From Methanotrichaceae archaeon (GTDB lineage: Archaea; Halobacteriota; Methanosarcinia; Methanotrichales; Methanotrichaceae): 64,000 nt of DNA. Where the stretch lies: NCBI GenBank assembly GCA_963803145.1, contig CAWDLW010000008.1, positions 1-64,000 on the forward strand. The letters are read 5' to 3'. Numbering within the stretch: position 1 is the first letter of the stretch; every line of letters begins with the position of its first letter. The notes below the pieces were generated by a model. That model ran no database searches, was not told the DNA's origin, and saw only the letters and a program-made list of their open reading frames with translations. The translations under genes were made by a program, and so were the position numbers. Below are positions 10,708 through 19,681 of this stretch, piece by piece.

Positions 10708-11116
10708 TTATTCACGCAAAGTTGTGACTATGAAGTACATCCTCCAAGAGTTCCTCTTAGTTTTCCATTTAAACGACGCAAATCCTGCAGCTTTAAGCAA
10801 TTCTTGCATTTCTCTTTGAGAGTACATTCTTACTTCCCCATGCCTATTAAACGGAGACTTGATAATTAAATTCGCAAAAAATCTCAATGGATCTGGTATT
10901 GACGCTAAATTTTTTCAAGATAATTGACAAAAATATACCCGTTCCGCATCCGACATCTAATAGGGTCGAGAAATTCATTCCCTCTAACTCTTGTATTACA
11001 GCATCGTGCATGGGCTCGGTATACTTGCCTGCATAAGTGTCAGAATAATGCGAAGATGCCTCTTCGAAATGAGCTTTTGATTTCTCTTTATATTCGTGAG
11101 GGTTTTGTTTATCCAT
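10708..11116 (-). pseudogene. Class I SAM methyltransferase with internal deletion and frameshift
   Basis: 5' part carries motif I (LLDVGCGTG); a different frame immediately gives a C-terminus-like PDPLRFFANLIIK...EVRMYSQREMQELLKAAGF...stop at 10708; the middle of the domain is missing. Confidence 0.7.
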
Positions 11117-11294
11117 TCTATCTCCAGCAATATAATTGGTCTATGGACTTATCTAAAACTTATAAGTATTTAATTTAGGCTACAATCGAATGATCTATTT
11201 CTTGGTTGATTCTCATTGGATTTCAAAGTTAGATTAAAATAAGCTATATATAAAAATACTCGTGGGGTAAATGTCTTTATATGGCATAAAATAG

Positions 11295-11316
11295 TGCGGA
11301 GAGCTATATCTCCGCA
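11295..11316 (-). terminator. Hairpin downstream of amidohydrolase
   Basis: TGCGGAGA-GCTATA-TCTCCGCA, perfect 8-bp stem, about 22 bp past the stop codon. Confidence 0.4.
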
Positions 11317-11338
11317 TATCAGTAGTGCGAGCCGATGC

Positions 11339-13252
11339 TCAGGACGGCATCTTTAGATTGTTGTTTTTATAAATCGCCCCTCCTCCCAACTCAGCTAACA
11401 ATCCATTTGCCTGCTCGATATCCTCCGGCGCTACATCCTTAAATAGATCTTCATAGAGATTTGATAATACCTTCATCTGCTCAGCATCGAGAGATATTGT
11501 CGCATTATCCTTGAAGGCACCGTAAACCTCTCTTCCTTCCAATATGGTAGTCAATACCTCAGCGTTGTTAATATTCCCCGGCGGAACTTTGAAGATGTCT
11601 CTATCAAGAACTATTAAATCGGCAAGTTTGCCAACCTCTAAAGATCCTATCTTATTCTCAATAAAGCCTGCATAGGCCCCGTTGATGGTTGCGCACTCTA
11701 TCATGGTCTTGAGGTCGACCCTCTCTTCGGGCCAGTATACTTTAGTGATGTTATTGTCCGGCGGCAGAGGCAGCCTGGTTACTCCAGTCTTGATCTCATC
11801 AAGGGGATTCATTGTGGGGTAATCTCCGCATGCGGGGAAGTCAGTTCCTATAGCGACAATAGCTCCGCTATCAATGAAACTCTTCATTGGCATCATATGT
11901 TCGGCCCTCTCAGGCCCGAGGTAAGCGAGATTATTCTTCTCGAAGGTCGCGTCGTAGTAGAACCAGTTGGGCGATGGCACTGGAATCACCCCCAGATCCT
12001 TGAAGCGCGGCAGGTCCTGAGGCGATACAACAACGACATGAGCTATCTTATGCCTGGAGTCTCTCTTGCCATTCTTCTCCATGGCCCTCTGGTATGCATC
12101 AAGCGTCATGCGGATTGCTCCATCTCCAATCGCATGTACCTCAATCTGAAATCCCGCCCTATCCAGAGCGGTTATAGTATCATTGAATGTCTCAGGGTCC
12201 CAAATTGGAGCGGACTTGAATCCTGGCCGATCAATGTAGGGCTCCAGAAGAAGAGCGGTATGTCCTTCAACAACGCCGTCCATGAACAGCTTGGCAGTTT
12301 TCATCTGTACGAGATCTGAAGAGTAATTATTTCTCTCTGAAACGAGAGCCGGGATCTGCTTAACACCCAAGCTTGGATCGAGCACTTGCTCTCCCAAGAT
12401 TCTCACATCAAGCTTTCCTTCCTTTTCAAGGTATGAATAAGCTTTCATTAAGCTTTCATTAAAGACACCGGAATCATGAACAGTGGTGATCCCGAATCCT
12501 TTGGCCACATCTAATATTCTTATCATGCCTTGCATAATCTCTTCTTCACTTAATGGTGGAAGCTTGCTTATGACCAAAGCAGCAGCAGATGGTTCTCTCA
12601 GGGTTCCTGAGGGATTCCCCGAGGAATCACGCTCTATAACGCCGCCCGATGGATCTGGCGTCTTGTTGGTAATATTGGCTATCTCCAGGGCTTTGGAATT
12701 GACCCATGCAGAATGTCCATCCAAAGCAAATAGAATTACTGGCTTATCGGGCACAATGGAATCAAGGAGTTCCTTGGTTGGCCCTTTTGGACCAAAGGCA
12801 GGATGATTCCAGCCAAAACCGCGGATGACTTTGGCATTTGGATTTTTCGAAGCGTACTCCTTTACCAGCTTCAGATAACCATCGCTGGTAGTAGCATTGA
12901 AAAGGCTAACTCCAGCCAAAAGAACTGCCGCTCCGCTTGGATGCATGTGGGCCTCTATGAATCCAGGGAGAACCATCTTGCCTTCGAGGTCCACAATTCT
13001 GGTTCCCGGACCTATGAAGTCCTTAGCGCCTGAGTCGTTGCCAACATACGCGATTTTCTTTCCAGCTATGGATATTGCTTGCTGGGGCTGTTTATCCCAG
13101 TTGACCTTTTCATTTACGGTGTATACTGTACCATTAAGCAATACAAGATCAGCTTTGATTGCCTGAGGTTGCGATAGTGCGGAGATGCTCAAAGAAGCAA
13201 TTACTGCTAGAGCCAGCACGGCGTCGAGCAGAACTCTACTAGATTTTCTCAT
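11339..13252 (-). CDS. Secreted amidohydrolase-3 (YtcJ/NfdA-like) metallohydrolase
   Basis: PGFIEAHMH, HAIGD, GTDFP, GSLEVGKLADLIVLD; N-terminal signal peptide. Confidence 0.9.
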   Translation of the reverse strand: MRKSSRVLLDAVLALAVIASLSISALSQPQAIKADLVLLNGTVYTVNEKVNWDKQPQQAISIAGKKIAYVGNDSGAKDFIGPGTRIVDLEGKMVLPGFIEAHMHPSGAAVLLAGVSLFNATTSDGYLKLVKEYASKNPNAKVIRGFGWNHPAFGPKGPTKELLDSIVPDKPVILFALDGHSAWVNSKALEIANITNKTPDPSGGVIERDSSGNPSGTLREPSAAALVISKLPPLSEEEIMQGMIRILDVAKGFGITTVHDSGVFNESLMKAYSYLEKEGKLDVRILGEQVLDPSLGVKQIPALVSERNNYSSDLVQMKTAKLFMDGVVEGHTALLLEPYIDRPGFKSAPIWDPETFNDTITALDRAGFQIEVHAIGDGAIRMTLDAYQRAMEKNGKRDSRHKIAHVVVVSPQDLPRFKDLGVIPVPSPNWFYYDATFEKNNLAYLGPERAEHMMPMKSFIDSGAIVAIGTDFPACGDYPTMNPLDEIKTGVTRLPLPPDNNITKVYWPEERVDLKTMIECATINGAYAGFIENKIGSLEVGKLADLIVLDRDIFKVPPGNINNAEVLTTILEGREVYGAFKDNATISLDAEQMKVLSNLYEDLFKDVAPEDIEQANGLLAELGGGAIYKNNNLKMPS

Positions 13253-13709
13253 TCGTTCCCTCCTCGGCTTATGATTTCTTACATCAGCGATTATTTATTA
13301 TGATTGATTTATTCTCCCTATTGATGATTCCATCCTCCGTTATGGGAAGATTTTTAGAGTGAGATATGACCGGATCAAGGCCGTTTATCTGAGTCATACC
13401 TGCAGTGGCGGTGATAAAAAAAGGCACCGTAAATGATATTGCTCCCACTGCATTGGATTTTAATGACACATATATTAAAAAGATACTGTGCTATATAATC
13501 TTTTTCCTCACACATGTTTCGAAACATTTTATATTTGGCAGCGTTTATGCAATTGATAAATTAGCAAAGATATTATAATTATGTAAATTAAACACGCATT
13601 AACATATAGATACCTATCGATACATTCAGATTAATTTCCCATCTTATGAGATTTTTTCGAAATATTTATTAACATAAAATCTGAATGGGTCTTAGGGAGG
13701 AACTTATGG

Positions 13710-14756
13710 ATGAAAGCGAAAACAGCATTCGTTTTATGGTTAATATTATTTGTCATTTCTATATCAGCTTCCGGGCAGCAACTGGCATCCGGTTTGCATA
13801 ATAACGGCGTTGATTCGGGCGTACAGGGCAACTACGATCAGGATACACAGGCTTCTAACAGGATCCTCGAGATTGATCCCCAGTATGCAGATGCCTGGAA
13901 TGACGAAGGCTTTGATCTCGCGGCTGCTGACCAAGCTGGTGGAGTCTCTACTACTGAAGCTTCTAGTCCAGTTGATATGGCGAAGGAAAATGCCCTCAAT
14001 CAGCCCCTCTCAAATCTAAGCGCAGTTAGTTCAAACGAAACACAAATGAAAACCATCGGCATCATTGGTGGAGTAAGCTGGGTGTCATCAATCGAGTATT
14101 ACCGGCTGATGAATGAGATGGTCAACAAAGAGCTTGGAGGCTTGCATTCAGCAAAGATACTGATGTATTCTATTGAATTCGGAGACTTTTCGAACCAGGA
14201 ACGATTGGCGGAAAAGGGGAACTGGAATCCTCTTAATAAAACAATGATTGACGCAGCAAAAAGCCTTAAAAACGGCGGTGCGGATTTTATAGTAATTGCC
14301 TCGAATACAATGAACTCGCGTGCGGATGATATTCAAGCAAAGGTCCATATCCCTGTTCTCCACATTGCCGACGCAACCGGTGAAAAAGTTAAAGAAAGCG
14401 GGATAAAAACTGTTGCGCTGTTGGGTACTAAGTACACCATGGAGCAGAACTTTTATAGAGACCGGCTGGAGAAAAAATACGGGCTCAAAGTGGTTATTCC
14501 CAATCAAACAGAACGAGAGTACATCAACTCGGTGATATTTGATGAATTATGTGCTGGAAAGTTCTATAACACATCAAAAGAGCGGTTCATCCAGATCATT
14601 AATCGTCTTGTGGATGAGGAGGGTGCACAAGGAGTCATACTGGGATGCACCGAGATACCATTGCTGATCAAACAGGAAGATGTAAAGGTGCCTGTTTTTG
14701 ATACCACGAGGATACACGCAGAAGCAGCGGTAAAATATGCCCTGAATGAAACTTAA
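13710..14756 (+). CDS. Asp/Glu racemase family (YgeA/RacX-like) with signal peptide and N-terminal extension
   Basis: MKTIGIIGGVSWVSS, IASNTMN, LLGTKYTM, LGCTEIPLL; first ~110 aa are a signal peptide plus linker. Confidence 0.9.
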   Translation: MKAKTAFVLWLILFVISISASGQQLASGLHNNGVDSGVQGNYDQDTQASNRILEIDPQYADAWNDEGFDLAAADQAGGVSTTEASSPVDMAKENALNQPLSNLSAVSSNETQMKTIGIIGGVSWVSSIEYYRLMNEMVNKELGGLHSAKILMYSIEFGDFSNQERLAEKGNWNPLNKTMIDAAKSLKNGGADFIVIASNTMNSRADDIQAKVHIPVLHIADATGEKVKESGIKTVALLGTKYTMEQNFYRDRLEKKYGLKVVIPNQTEREYINSVIFDELCAGKFYNTSKERFIQIINRLVDEEGAQGVILGCTEIPLLIKQEDVKVPVFDTTRIHAEAAVKYALNET

Positions 14757-14884
14757 TCCTTTTAATCCTAATACTTTTTTGAAGTGTTAGAATGCTTTGA
14801 TCTTTTGTACCTGGGCGAGATCTTCTTACTAGCTTCAATATCCAAGTTAATCTTCGATTTAAAAAAAGAGAGCAATGTCTGGGT

Positions 14885-15346
14885 TCATATCCTAAATATA
14901 AGCGTTGCATTGGAGAGTTGCTGCCCTCCTTGGATATAATCCAATTTAAATGCATGAGTCCCAGTTATCCATGGAGAGGTCGGGACTATCGATAGCCAAT
15001 AGTCGCATGTCATCGGTTGGTTTACAGCGACCGCTGATATGGGATAGATATTCGATATATAAGCCGGGCCTTCTATCTTAAAATTGGATGCATTCAAACC
15101 ACAAATATCTCGTTGAGTGACTCTCGATGTAACATTTACACTGACGCTCACCGGATTGCTATTTCCGGGGGCGGCCGGAGCCACCTTTATCAAATTAACG
15201 TGGATATATGGCGCGAATAGCTGGGAATTCACTGACGGCTTTATCATTGGGCTAGATAATTTACCGGCTTGTGGAACTGCATTAACCATACTCACAGCTA
15301 AAATAAGCATTACAATAAAGGCTAGATATGCTTTTGCTATTTTCAT
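14885..15346 (-). CDS. Secreted hypothetical protein
   Basis: Signal peptide; SD GAGGTG upstream. Confidence 0.65.
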   Translation of the reverse strand: MKIAKAYLAFIVMLILAVSMVNAVPQAGKLSSPMIKPSVNSQLFAPYIHVNLIKVAPAAPGNSNPVSVSVNVTSRVTQRDICGLNASNFKIEGPAYISNIYPISAVAVNQPMTCDYWLSIVPTSPWITGTHAFKLDYIQGGQQLSNATLIFRI

Positions 15347-15629
15347 GATTTAGCACCTCACTTCCGAGGAAAACCCTGCTGTTGAAAATTATGTAGCAAT
15401 GGGTTCCGGGGCACTTGGATATAGAGCTAAGTTATTTATTAAGGCTGTGGGACCACTTACTGGAGCGAAAAGCTGGATTCACATGCTAGGTTTGAGATGA
15501 TCGAAAACGTAATTGAACTTAGCATGGATACTATGTATCCTAAATCTTTCTTTCACTGCCAATTTAGCGCCTAAAAAGCAAAGGATTTATCATAGATACA
15601 CCTTCTGCATGCTGGAGGCAGGAGTAGCG

Positions 15630-16898
15630 TTGAAGAAAATGCGTGCTGCTTTGTTTCTTCTTATAATGGCAGCTTTAACGGCGGGAATTGCTCATGGATC
15701 TCAAACCCTTAGAGAGGTCCATGCGAGCGATGTGCTGGAAAAGATTGCAAGGGGCGAAGAGATAAACTATGATAGAGCGATTATAACCGGGAACCTAGAC
15801 TTAGGCGATTTGAATCTCACCCGGGATGATTTTGGAAGAAGAGTTATAGCCTCCAAGATATGCATCAACAGCTCACTAATAAATGGAGATGTCGATTTCG
15901 ACAACTTAAGGTTCATAAGCAAGATAGACTTTGGGGGGACGACTTTCCGCGGGAATGTTAGCTTCTCTAATAGCCATTTCGTCAGCATAGCCTCTTTCAG
16001 GAATGCATCGTTCTTGAAGCAGGCCGACTTCACCTATGCGGAGTTCGAAAACTTGTTCGATCTATCAAAAGCCGTCTTCTCCAAAGATGCCCTTTTTGAC
16101 CATTCCGAGATCTTCGCGTTTGGTAATCTCAGCTTCGCCAGCTTCAAAGGACACGCTAGCTTTAAAGATGTTGTCTTCAGTAGCTATGCCTTCCTCAATG
16201 GAGCTCAGTTCGATAACGGAGTGAGCTTTTACAGGGCAGAATTCCATCGTGAGACCCGCTTTTTTAATGCAAGATTTCTTGGTTACATCAACTTCAACGA
16301 CTCGAGATTCAGCGATTATGCTTACTTCACAGGCGATGAATTCCAGGGGCCTATATCCTTGAATAATTCCAAGATCCCAGATTGGATGGTCGACTGGAGT
16401 TCGATAGAAGGCCACCTAATTTACAATGAGGACGCTTATCAAGCCTTATTGCAGAGGCTCTGGAATTTAGGAAATTTCGATGGCTACGATAATTGCTATT
16501 ACCAGTATCGATGGCAGAAGCAGTCGTATGAGCCCTTGGGAATCCCCAAGGCCGTCGATATTTTCGCCTGGATATCATGTGGCTATGGTGTGAGGCCCCT
16601 GAGAACCTTAGCACTTGGCTTCATGATGATAATCCTATTCGGCATCATCTATTGGAAGGCAAAGCTGGTTCCGAGATTTCATGGCGCCAAACTGGATGAT
16701 AGTCATAAGCGTGAAGATTCAATGATCTCGGCCATGTGGGATGCTATGTACTTTAGTACAATGATGTTTGTAACCCGTCCGCCTTACGGCCTTTATCCCG
16801 TAGGGAGATGGAGGTATTTGATGGTTCTCGAATACATCTCAGGCTGGTTGATCATGGCCCTCTTCCTGGTCGTCATGGCAAGGCTGATGATACGATAG
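15630..16898 (+). CDS. Pentapeptide-repeat protein with C-terminal two-TM ion-channel-like domain
   Basis: AxFxx-type pentapeptide repeats; CGYGVRPLR and DAMYFSTMMFVT pore-like segment lacking GYG; start chosen at the TTG after GGAG (track starts at 15513). Confidence 0.8.
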   Translation: MKKMRAALFLLIMAALTAGIAHGSQTLREVHASDVLEKIARGEEINYDRAIITGNLDLGDLNLTRDDFGRRVIASKICINSSLINGDVDFDNLRFISKIDFGGTTFRGNVSFSNSHFVSIASFRNASFLKQADFTYAEFENLFDLSKAVFSKDALFDHSEIFAFGNLSFASFKGHASFKDVVFSSYAFLNGAQFDNGVSFYRAEFHRETRFFNARFLGYINFNDSRFSDYAYFTGDEFQGPISLNNSKIPDWMVDWSSIEGHLIYNEDAYQALLQRLWNLGNFDGYDNCYYQYRWQKQSYEPLGIPKAVDIFAWISCGYGVRPLRTLALGFMMIILFGIIYWKAKLVPRFHGAKLDDSHKREDSMISAMWDAMYFSTMMFVTRPPYGLYPVGRWRYLMVLEYISGWLIMALFLVVMARLMIR

Positions 16899-17250
16899 GT
16901 TACCAGATGATAATGGAGATATACGCAACTGGATTTACAATTCGCGAATATCTATTTTTGCTACTTAGTGGGAGCAAATATTGATCAGAAAGCGAGAAAT
17001 TTCTCGGGATTCGTGCTTTCTTGGATAGCCCTTACCTTATTTCAAATTTCTGAATTCGGGTCAGGTATGTCATTTATTGAATTGGCACTCTAAGGATCAA
17101 CAGTTCTTTTAGGCTCCAAACGTGGGCTCTGTTGAATATTGTGATGGCAGATGCCCTTAGCAAGATTCCTCACAAAAGGAAAATAGGACTCGAGGAAATA
17201 AAAACGATATAAGTGCAGGATATACTTTATCAAATCAATACATCTTTTTC

Positions 17251-17347
17251 TGGGGGGGTGCCCGCGCGCGGTTAAACGCGCGAGAGCTAAACGGGGCTGT
17301 CGCTCAGTCGCCGCGACGGGCTAACGTTGTTGATTCGATCTCCCGCT
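17251..17347 (+). ncRNA. Candidate structured RNA / GC-rich multi-hairpin element
   Basis: GC-rich island with stems CGCGCG/CGCGCG, GTCGC/GCGAC, GCCC/GGGC; TATA-like TTTATCAA about 25 bp upstream. Confidence 0.3.
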
Positions 17348-17492
17348 TGAAACCCGCGTTCTTTGCCTTGTCGGACCTCTTGAAGCGTGGCTTTCTCTGT
17401 ATTTACGTAATGTGAAGAACCGTCATAATCCAGTTATAAGAGAGTTCTAATTCTAAGTTAAAACGAGACCCCTTGCAATAGATAACGAGATT

Positions 17493-17934
17493 TACCCCTC
17501 TTCAAAGATCCACTTTCTAAACCTATGTTTCAATGGAAATTTAACCATCTTCTTACCGATTTTGGAGTTAATTAAGAATTAACTTGTGGGACAACATTTG
17601 TTTAGGAATTTGGATCTAAGTTAATGGTTTTAAGCCGTTTACACTCTCGGATCGATGCTATTAATATATATCGCAAAGTTACTATAAATATAAGTTTAGC
17701 TTGATATAACCGATAGCAGTGAGATTCCTATTTGAGATAACTTATAATGTCGGCTGAATCTGAATAATCAGCAGTATATCAGAACTAAATGCTGAGATAT
17801 TAGAAAAAATCGATTATTTCGTGAATTAAGCCTTGTCCCACAAGTTTTTTCCTAATTTATCAATTGAATTTGAAATTATCATCAGATAATCGAACCAAAC
17901 CGTACTTTGCGAAATCGATTTTCGAAGAGGGGTA
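17493..17934. mobile_element. MITE, 442 bp, with long TSD and an internal inverted-repeat pair
   Basis: TIR TACCCCTCTTC / GAAGAGGGGTA (imperfect to ~23 bp); direct repeat ATAACGAGATT at 17482-17492 and 17935-17945; inner IR AACTTGTGGGACAA (17581-17594) / TTGTCCCACAAGTT (17833-17846). Confidence 0.8.
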
Positions 17935-18675
17935 ATAACGAGATTAGTTGACAAATATGCCTTATCTATTCACGACTAATTAGAGCAACTGGCATTAGAT
18001 ACGTTATAATCGTAATCGTCGTATATTTTCTCTTATATCTCGTGTAGTCGGATGGTTATCACCAAGAAGCCTCTGGCAAATTTTTAAAGCTAATTTCAAG
18101 AGATCTTCGGCTACATCTACATCAAGATTAACTGCCTCATTTAAGATTATGGTGAGGTTGCTAAGGTATACTGCCACTTCTGGATGGTTAAGGCCATATG
18201 CCTTTTCACTAATCTCTAGCGCCCTACCTGCACATTCTAAAGCCTTATCTAAATCTCCTGCGTCTGCAAGTGCAGCTCCCAAGTTGCTAAGATATAATGC
18301 CAACTCGGGATTACTAGGCTCGAAGAATCTTTCACCAATCTCTAGAGCCCTCTTAAAGCATTCTATGGCTCCAGCTAGATTGCCTAGGTCTTGTAGAGCC
18401 ATACCAAAGTTGCTGATGTGAGAGGCTACATCATGAGGGTTGAGAGCAGTAGCCTTCGCATCTGCTGTTATAGCTCTTTGAAAGCAATTCTTGGCTTCTG
18501 CATAGGCATTTAGTTTTCTAAGAGCTAGTCCAAGGTTGTTATGGTATACTGCCACTTTAGGGTGATCCGAGCCATATTCTTTCTCACCAATTTTGAGGGC
18601 TTGCTCAAAGTAAATTTTTGCTTTTTCAAAATAGCCTAAATCATATAAGACAAGGCCAAGATTATAGTTAATCTC

Positions 18676-19203
18676 CTAGCTTTTTGCACTAAGAAATCGC
18701 TCCACCCAGGACTTTGAATATCCATCCTTTTTGGAATAAAATATTTCTAAAGCGCAATCTTGGCTAGCTATAATAGCTTCATCGAAATCAGTGTATTTGG
18801 CGATCTCTCTTTTGAAATCCTTCCAACCGAATTCTATAGGATTCAAATCTGGTGAATAGGGGATATTATAAATTAAGTGAATATCGATTTCCTCAGCTAG
18901 TTTTCTAAATTTCTTGGCCAAATGAATTCTAGCATTATCTAAAAGTATACAAATTGGCCTCATAATATTATTATTTCTTATATTTTGAGCAAATGCCATC
19001 AACGCTTCCTTCTTAGAGGAGTTGGAAACCATAACCTCATCATTGCCATTTAATGCTATAAATCCAAAAATAGTTCTTGATCTAACCTTTCCAGGTTTAT
19101 AATTTATTAAATGAGTGTTTAAGACTCTACGTGTATTAGGGCGCTGTTGTAAAGAGCTTTCATCAAGAAATCCTATAACAGGATCAGTAACAGTGGTCAG
19201 CAC
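18676..19203 (-). CDS. IS630 transposase OrfB (DDE)
   Basis: FLDES, LDNARIH, PYSPDLNPIE motifs. Confidence 0.9.
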   Translation of the reverse strand: MLTTVTDPVIGFLDESSLQQRPNTRRVLNTHLINYKPGKVRSRTIFGFIALNGNDEVMVSNSSKKEALMAFAQNIRNNNIMRPICILLDNARIHLAKKFRKLAEEIDIHLIYNIPYSPDLNPIEFGWKDFKREIAKYTDFDEAIIASQDCALEIFYSKKDGYSKSWVERFLSAKS

Positions 19204-19681
19204 TGATTTTATCCTTTTTTAAAAAACTTTCTGCATCTGCAGGCCTCTTTTCATTTCTGATGTATGGTTTCCCATACTTAACTTTTTTCACTACTCTTAA
19301 AATTCGCCAGCCATATTTATATGAAAAATCTATACCTCTTGTATCCCTTACATATTTTAATACGTCTTTTATCGTCATTCCTTTGTCTTCAATTTCTTTA
19401 ATAACTCTATCCCATTCATCAAGAGACATCTTTGGCTTTTTGCCATTTCTATTCTTTGGTGTCAATCCATTATAGCCTTGATTATTCCATCTGCTTAACC
19501 AATATTTTATTGTCCTCTCGCCCCTTTTTAAAATATCAGCTACCTCATATACGTTTTTCCCTTCATATAAATGTATTATTGCCAATAATCGTTCCTTAAT
19601 CCTTAGATCAGTCTCTTTTTTATATAATTTATCAAGGTCTATCTTTGATATATGCCTAATTATTATAGGTTTTCTACCCAT
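19184..19681 (-). CDS. IS630 transposase OrfA (HTH)
   Basis: ERLLAIIHLYEG...VADIL...YWLSRWN HTH pattern. Confidence 0.85.
   Translation of the reverse strand: MGRKPIIIRHISKIDLDKLYKKETDLRIKERLLAIIHLYEGKNVYEVADILKRGERTIKYWLSRWNNQGYNGLTPKNRNGKKPKMSLDEWDRVIKEIEDKGMTIKDVLKYVRDTRGIDFSYKYGWRILRVVKKVKYGKPYIRNEKRPADAESFLKKDKISADHCY

Noticed and set aside
17251-17347. tRNA gene or integron attC site
   Set aside because: No canonical 7-bp acceptor stem, T-arm or 7-nt anticodon loop; no properly paired RYYYAAC/GTTRRRY ends or integrase seen. Kept only as an unclassified structured element.
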